DNA from: a virus
Lineage: Duplodnaviria; Heunggongvirae; Uroviricota; Caudoviricetes
Reading direction: 5' to 3' (one strand)
Length of the DNA stretch: 64,000 nt
Virus record (IMG/VR): IMGVR_UViG_3300009169_000014
Span: 44,741-108,740 of that record
Positions 46,133 to 53,714 of this stretch are shown here, one piece after another; within the stretch, counting starts at the first letter, position 1, and each line of letters begins with the position of its first letter. The notes under the pieces are model-generated. The model did no database searches. It worked only from the letters and a program-made list of their open reading frames with translations, and was not told the origin of the DNA. Made by a program: the position numbers and the translations under genes.

Positions 46133-46422
46133 CGCCCGATGGCTATCCGGACGACGCAGAGCTCAAGAAGATCGCCAAATGGTCTCCCTTTGACCTCGAG
46201 GGACTAATGGCGTTCGTGCGGACACTCTGGGGCGCCGCCGACATGGGCTACTGGCGCCAGCGTGGCGGGAAGTACTGGATCTCGACGGCGGGGTGGAGCG
46301 GCAACGAGTCGATCATCGGGGCGCTCGAGGAGAACTACGTCTTCTGGGCCATCTGCTGGCTCCAGTCGCGACGAGGAGGTCACTACATCTTTCAGCTACC
46401 GAAGAAAGGGAAGAAGAAATGA
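46129..46422 (+). CDS. Hypothetical protein (97 aa)
   Basis: ATGA overlap chain. Trp-rich, protein-like composition. Confidence 0.4.
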   Translation: MTPDGYPDDAELKKIAKWSPFDLEGLMAFVRTLWGAADMGYWRQRGGKYWISTAGWSGNESIIGALEENYVFWAICWLQSRRGGHYIFQLPKKGKKK

Positions 46423-46877
46423 ACCAAGAAGAACACGGCGAGAAGTGCCAACGCTGCGGTGAGGTTGGAGAAGACAGACGCACGCTGTGGATGGCGTGCT
46501 TCTACGAGATGCAGGAGCTTGGGCTGCCCTTCGAAAGGAAGTCCCTGCTGGAAGCTGACCCCGTGCACCTCAAGCTGCACAAGCCTGCGCCCACTCTCCC
46601 TCTTGGGAACGGTGTGTCGATCAACATCGGCTCGGGCGAAGTCACCACGGACCAGCCTCTTGGGGTTCGTGGCTTCTACACGCTGCGCGTCTGCAAGGAC
46701 TGCCGGTCGACCTGGATGTCGGCCATCCAACGCTGGTTCAACGAGCCACAGCGGTGGCCTGAAGTGGACTCAGGCATCTTCGTTCGGCGTAACGGAGCGA
46801 ACGTGGAGATCACCGAAGAAGAGTGGAAGCGGATGCACACCGACCGAACGCCGATTCGAGCTCCGAGGACGAAATGA
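46419..46877 (+). CDS. Hypothetical zinc-finger protein (152 aa)
   Basis: ATGA overlap. Contains CQRCGE…C and RVCKDCRSTW. Confidence 0.45.
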   Translation: MNQEEHGEKCQRCGEVGEDRRTLWMACFYEMQELGLPFERKSLLEADPVHLKLHKPAPTLPLGNGVSINIGSGEVTTDQPLGVRGFYTLRVCKDCRSTWMSAIQRWFNEPQRWPEVDSGIFVRRNGANVEITEEEWKRMHTDRTPIRAPRTK

Positions 46878-47269
46878 CCAGCAAGAACGATGACGATGTG
46901 CTGGAAGTTCTGATGGGAGTTCGAGACGCGATGCTTGCGTCAGGGCAAGGGCCCGACATGCCTGAGCTGCACAACTTCACAGGGAACCGTGACAACTGGT
47001 TCGACCCTCGACGGCCCCTCGCTACCGATGTGTGGCGCGTCCTGGCGGGGCTCCCTCGGAAGTACAAGAAGGTGGTCTTGACCGAAGTCGAAGAGCATGC
47101 AGCGCATGGGCGACGGTACTTCGGGGGCGCTCAGTGCTCCTGCCCTGTCTGCGTCAAGCACCGCCAGGAGCAGCTACCTTCAACTTGCTCTGCCTGTTGG
47201 GGCACCAAGAGAGTCCTCGAGGACCACGACGGACGAAGCGGGTATCACCCCTGCGGAGAATGCACGTGA
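46874..47269 (+). CDS. Hypothetical zinc-finger protein (131 aa)
   Basis: ATGA overlap. Contains CSCPVCVKH…CSACWG…HPCGEC. Confidence 0.45.
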   Translation: MTSKNDDDVLEVLMGVRDAMLASGQGPDMPELHNFTGNRDNWFDPRRPLATDVWRVLAGLPRKYKKVVLTEVEEHAAHGRRYFGGAQCSCPVCVKHRQEQLPSTCSACWGTKRVLEDHDGRSGYHPCGECT

Positions 47270-47535
47270 TCGAACAGATGATGTCGAAGGAGGCGATGCT
47301 CAAGGACGCGGAGTCCCTCGAGTACTTCGAAAACACGCGCTGGGCGTTCCTCGGACGCCAGAGGGAGCTGCCCGGTACAAAGCTCATCGGGGTTGGCGGG
47401 TACCCGAAACCAGGTCAAGAGAAGTACGGGCAGGAGATCTGGGAATTCTCGAAAGAGATACAGGAGAAGGCGCTTCGGTTCGCCCGGTGGGCGCAGGACG
47501 AGTACATCAAGTCGGCGAAGGCGAGGAAGAAATGA
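47260..47535 (+). CDS. Small hypothetical protein (about 90 aa)
   Basis: Sequence MHVIEQMMSKEAMLKDAESLEYFENTRW…. The exact start (ATG 47260, GTG 47266 or ATG 47278) is uncertain. Confidence 0.35.
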   Translation: MHVIEQMMSKEAMLKDAESLEYFENTRWAFLGRQRELPGTKLIGVGGYPKPGQEKYGQEIWEFSKEIQEKALRFARWAQDEYIKSAKARKK

Positions 47536-47795
47536 CTGGGAGAGAGAAGCTCCGTGAAGATCGGATCGACTGGCTCACTCGAGCCGTTCGTGGGCTCCTG
47601 AAGATGGAGTTCGACGGCACGTTCGGGAGCAAGAAGTACGAAGAGATGGCCGTGGGCCAGCAAGACGCGGCGCTCATCGAACGAGAGAAGAAGTACGCAG
47701 CGGTGGAGAAGGAGTTCGCGGACTTCATCAAGGAACCGGACCAGGCAAAGGCGGAGGAAAAGCTCCAGCAGATGCTGGGGAAGGAGAAGCCATGA
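47532..47795 (+). CDS. Small hypothetical protein (87 aa)
   Basis: ATGA overlap. K/E-rich, helical composition. Confidence 0.4.
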   Translation: MTGREKLREDRIDWLTRAVRGLLKMEFDGTFGSKKYEEMAVGQQDAALIEREKKYAAVEKEFADFIKEPDQAKAEEKLQQMLGKEKP

Positions 47796-48046
47796 AACCT
47801 CGGTACAGCGCAGCGATGACCGAAGCGAAGAAGAGAGAAGAGAAGCTGCGGGCAGATGATCCGCGGCTTCACTGTGGCGGCGTGTACCTGTCGCACGACG
47901 ATGGTTCGTCGTTCTTCTGGCAGAGCGCCTTCGTTGAACGATGGAAAGGCTACGTGATGGTCTTCACGGAGCACCACGGCTTCCACGTCTACGACAACGA
48001 CGACGTTGTCATCGTGGCCGAGACACAGAGGAACAACAGAACATGA
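47792..48046 (+). CDS. Small hypothetical protein (84 aa)
   Basis: ATGA overlap chain. Confidence 0.4.
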   Translation: MKPRYSAAMTEAKKREEKLRADDPRLHCGGVYLSHDDGSSFFWQSAFVERWKGYVMVFTEHHGFHVYDNDDVVIVAETQRNNRT

Positions 48047-48273
48047 CTCTCTTCGAGTGGATGACGATTTTCAACTCTGCGACGCTGGCACTGTGGATCA
48101 TCCTGCAAGTGCGAAAGTGGTACCTCGACCGTCTCGACCTGGACGCCAAGGTACTTGCTCTCGCGGAGAACTACCCCGCGGGCGTGAAGAAGCTGACAGC
48201 TCGCATGGGTTGGACAGATGAGCAGATGGCTGCGTTCTTGGAGAACGCGAAGAAGAGGATCAACAAGCCATGA
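48043..48273 (+). CDS. Small membrane-associated hypothetical protein (76 aa)
   Basis: MTLFEWMTIFNSATLALWIILQV gives a hydrophobic N-terminal helix. Confidence 0.4.
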   Translation: MTLFEWMTIFNSATLALWIILQVRKWYLDRLDLDAKVLALAENYPAGVKKLTARMGWTDEQMAAFLENAKKRINKP

Positions 48274-48488
48274 AGTGCCCCTACTGCCAGCACGAAATGC
48301 TTTGCGACATGGTGGATGTCGGCGTCGGGGAGATTCAAAGCGGGCCCTACGGCTGCGAGAACTGCCACGCCGTTGCAGTGTCCTGGGAAGATCGTAACTC
48401 GCCGGAGCTGGATGCCGACGAGAAGAAGTTTCAAGTCTGGAAAGGGAGGAAAGAAAATGGGTCTGAAGATCAACAGAAAGAAGCCTGA
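48270..48488 (+). CDS. Small zinc-ribbon protein (72 aa)
   Basis: MKCPYCQHE…GCENCH gives a 4-Cys ribbon. Confidence 0.4.
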   Translation: MKCPYCQHEMLCDMVDVGVGEIQSGPYGCENCHAVAVSWEDRNSPELDADEKKFQVWKGRKENGSEDQQKEA

Positions 48489-48720
48489 GTCGTTCTACGT
48501 GGAGAAGGCCCTGCGAGAGCAGAACGCCAAGCTCCGCGACATCATTCGAGAGATGCACTCTGCGTCGCGAGAGCAATCAGCGTTCGTGCACGCCGTGCTC
48601 GTGTGCGAGCTCATCGACAACCCCAGCGAGAACCGCGCGTTCGAGAAAGCGGAGATGCTTCTGGGCAACTTCGCCACGAGGATCACGAGGCTCGCCACCC
48701 AAGACGTCGTGGGGAAGTAA
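48457..48720 (+). CDS. Small hypothetical protein (87 aa)
   Basis: A GGGAGGAAAG RBS precedes the ATG at 48457. It overlaps the previous ORF end by 32 nt. Confidence 0.35.
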   Translation: MGLKINRKKPESFYVEKALREQNAKLRDIIREMHSASREQSAFVHAVLVCELIDNPSENRAFEKAEMLLGNFATRITRLATQDVVGK

Positions 48721-49739
48721 TGGGCTACGGGACCTCTGTCGCAACTGTCTACATCGAGAAGCTGCACTACCACATCTTCCCCATCCGACAGATCTTCGGA
48801 GCGGGAACAGACAATCCACGCTGCGACTGCGTGGATGAGACCTGCCCCAACGTGGGGAAGCACCCTCGTATCGCCTGGTCGAAGGAAGCTGGGACGCCTG
48901 CAATGTGGGAGAAGTGGCCCAATGATGGCTTCGGCATCGCGACGGGGAAGAGAAGCGGAATCTGGGTGCTGGACATCGACCCGAAGAACGGCGGCATCGA
49001 AACGTTGTCCGCACTGGAGCAGAAGCATGCACCGCTTCCGAAGACAATCAGCGTGGTCACCGGATCTGGAGGGCTCCATTTCTACTTCCAGTATCCGGGT
49101 CCCGACTACCGCAACACCGCGGGTGCTCTGGGTCCAGGGCTCGATACACGAGGGGATGGGGGCTACGTCGTGGGCCCCGGTTCTCTGCACCGAAGCGGAA
49201 AGCGCTACAACTGGCAGAACGGACCCGCCGACGCGCCCCTGGCTGTGGCGCCCGAGTGGCTCCTGAAGCTGGTGCAGCAGCCTGCTCGACGCTCCTCGGG
49301 GTACACCCCTGGCGAAGAGAAGCAGGGGATGCACTCTGCGCCGGCTCCCAAGTCTGAGGCGAAGTTTCTGCTGGAGGAGATGCTCTCCGAAGAAACTGCG
49401 ATGACTCAATGGATGCGGGACTACCCAGACGAAGTAGATCGAGAGACGTGGCGAGGCTTTGCCACGAACCTCGCATGCGCCTGTCTCGACTACCCGGACC
49501 TCATGGAAGAAGCGTGCAAGGCCTTCCACGAAATTTCGGCGGAGTACATAGGCTACAAGCCGATGGAGACGGAGCGTGTGTTCCGCGACTCCATCAGCGT
49601 TGCAGCAACGTACGGACCCATGTCGTTCGAGCACATGGTCCGTTCGGGTATGCCCGCGGAGTACGTCTACCCGCCTGACGCGAAGAACCTGTTGCACTCC
49701 GCGAGGTTGGAGATGTGGCGGCAAAGAACTCGACGGTAA
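48720..49739 (+). CDS. Bifunctional primase-polymerase (PrimPol, archaeo-eukaryotic primase fold) N-terminal domain protein
   Basis: …NDGFGIATGKRSGIWVLDIDPKNGG… (acidic DxD), …GGLHFYFQYPG…, …DTRGDGGYVVGPGSLH… give the Prim-Pol signature. The ATG at 48720 overlaps the previous stop. Confidence 0.7.
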   Translation: MGYGTSVATVYIEKLHYHIFPIRQIFGAGTDNPRCDCVDETCPNVGKHPRIAWSKEAGTPAMWEKWPNDGFGIATGKRSGIWVLDIDPKNGGIETLSALEQKHAPLPKTISVVTGSGGLHFYFQYPGPDYRNTAGALGPGLDTRGDGGYVVGPGSLHRSGKRYNWQNGPADAPLAVAPEWLLKLVQQPARRSSGYTPGEEKQGMHSAPAPKSEAKFLLEEMLSEETAMTQWMRDYPDEVDRETWRGFATNLACACLDYPDLMEEACKAFHEISAEYIGYKPMETERVFRDSISVAATYGPMSFEHMVRSGMPAEYVYPPDAKNLLHSARLEMWRQRTRR

Positions 49740-49815
49740 GCGGAAATCGTGCTAATGAGCGCGCCCCGCGGACAGCTGACACTGTCTACACTTCTCAACC
49801 TTCTGCCGGTCTTCG

Positions 49816-51813
49816 GTGGACCCCCGTGGTGGCATGTCAGTGCCGCCCGGGGGGTTGTCTTTCTTTTTGGGGGACGGGATGCCGGTTCCAAGCCCAGCAG
49901 AGCTCAGAGAGATGTTGGTTGGAACGACATTTCACAGCGACGCCTTCACCGTAGCAAAAGGCCAGAAGACACAGTGGATGCTGGAGACGGAAGCGGACAA
50001 GAACGCCGCGGCTGCTCTGGCGCGACAACAAGCGGGACAGCCCGCGATACCGCCAAAGACCTCCGCACCGCCGGACCCCGCTCAGCCTCCAGTACTGGAG
50101 AAACTGGCCGGGGTCCTGAAGTATTTTGTGGGTGGAGATCCCGTCCTCGATGCGGCTACGAAGATCAGATTCAAAGCAGAGTTCGCGAACGTCCTGACGC
50201 AGGGGCAGCTCGTACTCGCTCCGCTGTGTGATGGCATCTATGACGCGGCGAAACCTGAGGACGTCGAGTATCGGGTCCTGCGGAAGCTCGGCATGCATCG
50301 GGGAGGCGAGCCGCTGGGCATCGACTCCATGTGCAAATGGGTCAAGAGCAAGACGTACGGCTCCTGCATGCCCAACGGCGACATGGCAGACGACTTTGTC
50401 TGCTTGGTGACGCTGATGCGAATGGACCCGGCGCTACTCGGGGGAAAACTCGAGTGGAACATCATGGACTGCTGCGTCACCATTGATCGTAAGCGACTCC
50501 CCGACGGGGTGCTGAACGGTCGGGTGCGCATGGCCATCGGAGAGACCTACTCCGTAGCCACGCCGGGGAAGCGGGGAATGCGTCGTTTCGTGCCCAGCGA
50601 CACATACGTGCAGCAGGCCATCGAACTACTGGCCCACGAGAATGAGTACCACGAGTCTCGAGAGTACTTCGATGCGCTGCGCGGGACGTGGGACGGTAAG
50701 GACTACATGCTTGATACCCTCAAGGCGTTCGGTGGGTACATGGAGATCGAAGAAGGTGAAGAGAACAACATCATCAAGCAGAAGGTCGTCGCCAATCAGA
50801 AGAAGATCAACGACCTAGCGCTGTCGATGTGGACCAAGACGCTGATTGGCTGCGTGGCACGTACCTACGTCCCCGGCTGCCAGATGGACACCATGCTGGT
50901 GCTGAAGTCGAAGCAAGGCACCAAGAAGAGCTCGCTGTTTCGGGCCATCGCACCAGCGGGAAGGTTCTCCGACGCCCACATCGAGTTCGGCAACAAGGAC
51001 TCGTACATGTCGATGCAGCAGAACACCATCTACGAGTGCGCGGAGCTCTCAGGCATGGTGAAGAAGGAAGTACAGATCACCAAAGGCTTCATAACGACGC
51101 GTAGTGATGACTTTCGACTGCCCTACGCGAAGGCGATGACGAAGAACCCTCGCCACTGCATCCTCGTAGGAACAACGAACGACGACACGCCATTCCGAGA
51201 CCAGACGGGATCTCGCCGCTTCTGGATCATCGTCGTAGGCGACCAGACAAAGACGGACATCGTCTACATCGAAATGGTGAAGCCGCAGATGTGGGCTCAG
51301 ATCCTCGAGCTCTACTTTGCTGCGGACTCTTGCCCTGATTGCAAAGCGGCGTTGGATGGCGAGCTCCGCTGCACCAAGCACCGCTGGTGGTTGTCCCGTG
51401 ATGAGGACGAGCTTCGAGAGAAGTACAACCTCGAGTTCACGGAGCACGAGCCGTACATCACATGGCTCCAGAACTGGGTAGCCAACAACGTCACGGCGAA
51501 GAACTCGTCCAAGCAGGGAATGCACTCGGCGTACAAGAACACCGACGCGCTGACGGTCAGTGAGCTCTTGGAGGCGGCCGGTTTGCCGGCTGAGAAGTGC
51601 CATGACCTGGTGCATCAGAAGCGCATGGTGGTGGCCCTCAAGTTTTGCGGGTACATCAAGCGCCACACAGAAGCAGGTAACGTTTGGATTAGCCCTGGTA
51701 TGGCGAACCGACCGAACCTCAGCGTAGTAACGACGCCCGGACAATCAGGGTCTAGTGGAAACAACGGAACGCCTCCCAGCGGATTAACGGGCTCGGGAAC
51801 AGGTAATCCGTAG
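49816..51813 (+). CDS. Primase-associated helicase (VirE / D5-like SF3 NTPase family)
   Basis: P-loop-like VLKSKQGTKKSSLF. Walker B-like HCILVGTTNDD…RRFWII. The C-terminal region has CPDCKA. The true start may be the internal ATG at 49879. Confidence 0.6.
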   Translation: MDPRGGMSVPPGGLSFFLGDGMPVPSPAELREMLVGTTFHSDAFTVAKGQKTQWMLETEADKNAAAALARQQAGQPAIPPKTSAPPDPAQPPVLEKLAGVLKYFVGGDPVLDAATKIRFKAEFANVLTQGQLVLAPLCDGIYDAAKPEDVEYRVLRKLGMHRGGEPLGIDSMCKWVKSKTYGSCMPNGDMADDFVCLVTLMRMDPALLGGKLEWNIMDCCVTIDRKRLPDGVLNGRVRMAIGETYSVATPGKRGMRRFVPSDTYVQQAIELLAHENEYHESREYFDALRGTWDGKDYMLDTLKAFGGYMEIEEGEENNIIKQKVVANQKKINDLALSMWTKTLIGCVARTYVPGCQMDTMLVLKSKQGTKKSSLFRAIAPAGRFSDAHIEFGNKDSYMSMQQNTIYECAELSGMVKKEVQITKGFITTRSDDFRLPYAKAMTKNPRHCILVGTTNDDTPFRDQTGSRRFWIIVVGDQTKTDIVYIEMVKPQMWAQILELYFAADSCPDCKAALDGELRCTKHRWWLSRDEDELREKYNLEFTEHEPYITWLQNWVANNVTAKNSSKQGMHSAYKNTDALTVSELLEAAGLPAEKCHDLVHQKRMVVALKFCGYIKRHTEAGNVWISPGMANRPNLSVVTTPGQSGSSGNNGTPPSGLTGSGTGNP

Positions 51814-51821
51814 GTCAGTGG

Positions 51822-52130
51822 CCTCGGCTGAACCTTCGGCTGCTCGTATGGTACAGCCGAGGCCCCCGCTGTAAAGCCTTGCCGCGTTTGAGGATTTCGA
51901 CAAAAATTGGAAGCGGCTGAACCACTGAACCTGCTGAACCATATTTCGCCAAACTCTGCTGGGGGACACAGAACCGGAGGTAGTGCGGCTAAATAGCCAC
52001 ACATATGGTCATTTTGGCTGAACCTCTTAAAAGAATATAGAAATTTAGGTTCAGATGGTTCAGTGGTTCAGAAGAATAAGAGTTTTGGATACTTAGAGCT
52101 GAAGCATGCCCCTTAAAAACCTGAACCATA
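51822..52130. repeat. Candidate replication origin: cluster of at least 9 copies of the heptamer CTGAACC / GGTTCAG (both orientations) in an AT-rich intergenic stretch
   Basis: CTGAACC at about 51824, 51915, 51924, 51934, 52019 and 52118. GGTTCAG three times at 52049-52075. Local AT-rich track (aagaatatagaaatttagg). It lies directly downstream of the primase/helicase genes. Confidence 0.5.
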
Positions 52131-52328
52131 GTCCACCGACCTTCACCCACAGACTCCTACGAAAGAAGTGGTTGCTGGAGCCTTCCGGCACCATTGGGTC
52201 TGTGCCGGTTGTTGTAATCGCCTTTCTTGGCTCGGCGGAGACACCCACCCCGCGGACACGCACGCAACCCGTCGTTCATCGCTCAGGCGCCCCGCTGGGC
52301 CCGCTGGCAACGCTTTCCTGAGGTACTC

Positions 52329-52517
52329 ATGGTTGATGAGACGCTGGTCGGCGAACCGATTCCCTGGGTCACGCCGGTCTATTTGGAGAAACTGGGATTG
52401 GAGCAGTTCGCGGTGTGCAAGCACTGCAACCAGATTCGGAGAGACCACGCTGGTGAGGAAGAGAAATGCCTTTTCGACGCGAGTACCTTTGTCGTCCTCA
52501 AGAGCCTGTTGAAGTGA
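52329..52517 (+). CDS. Small Cys-containing protein (62 aa)
   Basis: A GAGG RBS precedes the ATG at 52329. Sequence MVDETLVGEPIPWVTPVYLEKLGLEQFAVCKHCNQIRRDHAG…C. Confidence 0.4.
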   Translation: MVDETLVGEPIPWVTPVYLEKLGLEQFAVCKHCNQIRRDHAGEEEKCLFDASTFVVLKSLLK

Positions 52518-52519
52518 AC

Positions 52520-52927
52520 GGTATGCCGACACGGATACACGACGAAATCATCAAAGAGTTTGTCCCGACGTGTCGTCACTGCAAGAAAACGGCGGAGGTT
52601 CATGTTGGCGGGAACATGTTCCCTCGTAAAGCCGACCCGAGGGATTTGATGTTCCCTCGGCCTTGGCCGTGTCTCTTCGATTCCACAGCCTGGGACCCAA
52701 TGTCTCAGTCCGAGTGGATGGAGTGGCGCAAGAAGCTGTGGGCGGAGCTCGGCGGAATCGGCGCTGACTTCATCCGCGACAAGCTGAAGCAGGCAGGCTT
52801 CGCTCAACGCATGGTGATGGACCTCCACGTCTACGGCAACGCCACGCTGGAAGTAGAAGACCTGGACGACGGCAAGGTGAATGTTCGTCTCTTGGACCCA
52901 CGAGACGTAGTGAGGAAAGATGACTGA
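52520..52927 (+). CDS. Hypothetical protein (135 aa)
   Basis: Contains MPTRIHDEIIKEFVPTCRHCKK…. Start overlaps the upstream stop. Confidence 0.4.
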   Translation, partial: GMPTRIHDEIIKEFVPTCRHCKKTAEVHVGGNMFPRKADPRDLMFPRPWPCLFDSTAWDPMSQSEWMEWRKKLWAELGGIGADFIRDKLKQAGFAQRMVMDLHVYGNATLEVEDLDDGKVNVRLLDPRDVVRKDD

Positions 52928-53135
52928 GCTCTCCAAGCGTGAAGTTCTCCGCCGCTATCTCTACAACGATGGCCGTAATCTCACCGACATTCATCCTGGG
53001 CGGCAAGATCTGCTGCAGCGTTGCCTTGCTGATTGTGCGCGTCATTACGTCGAGGCAATGGACTTCGGAGACGACGAACTTTTGCGAGAAGCTGAAGGGA
53101 ATCTTCGTCTCGCTGTGAAGCAGCACTGGGCCTAA
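52920..53135 (+). CDS. Small hypothetical protein (71 aa)
   Basis: Overlapping start. Helical composition. Confidence 0.35.
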   Translation: MTELSKREVLRRYLYNDGRNLTDIHPGRQDLLQRCLADCARHYVEAMDFGDDELLREAEGNLRLAVKQHWA

Positions 53136-53147
53136 GCTAGGAGTCGC

Positions 53148-53702
53148 ATGTACCTCGGAATTGACCAGTCGATGCGTAGTTCCGGGGTGGCGGTAATCTC
53201 AGAGAAGCAGACTGTACAGTTCGTTGGCACGGTGGCTCCTGGGAAGCGTACAGGAGCCCCTCGACTGGCCTGCATTCGCGACGCTCTGCGTGACGTCTTG
53301 GCCGCGGAGCCTGACATCAAGTACGCCGCCCTCGAGGGCTATGCGTACGGCGTTGGCGTTGGGCAGGTGTTCGAGCTCGGCGAGGTCGGCGCAGTGGTGA
53401 AGCTCGTTCTCCACGACGCCGCCGTTCCTTTTATCGTCGTTCCGCCTGCTTCGCTGAAGCAGTTCGTAGCAGATCATGGACAAGCTAAAAAAGAACAGAT
53501 GCGCCAAGCCGTACTCAAGAAGTGGGGGCAAGACTTCGCGCAGGACGATATCTGCGACGCATTTGGTCTCGCTCAAGTAGCGCGGTCTTTCCACCTCAAC
53601 AAGGGGACAACCCGCTCAGAGCTTGAAGTATTGAAGAAACTCCGAGACACAGACAAAAAGATCTCGCTGGTGAGTTTTACGGCGAACACCATCTCCACAT
53701 AA
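53148..53702 (+). CDS. RuvC-like Holliday junction resolvase (RNase H fold)
   Basis: N-terminal MYLGIDQSMRSSGVAVI gives the catalytic Asp in LGID. Later acidic residues are …ALEGYAYG… and …DDICDAFGLA…. Confidence 0.65.
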   Translation: MYLGIDQSMRSSGVAVISEKQTVQFVGTVAPGKRTGAPRLACIRDALRDVLAAEPDIKYAALEGYAYGVGVGQVFELGEVGAVVKLVLHDAAVPFIVVPPASLKQFVADHGQAKKEQMRQAVLKKWGQDFAQDDICDAFGLAQVARSFHLNKGTTRSELEVLKKLRDTDKKISLVSFTANTIST

Positions 53703-53714
53703 CCAAGGTGACCC

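Noticed and set aside
48495-49724. Minus-strand 409-aa ORF opposite PrimPol
   Set aside because: Shadow ORF. The + frame carries Prim-Pol signature blocks.
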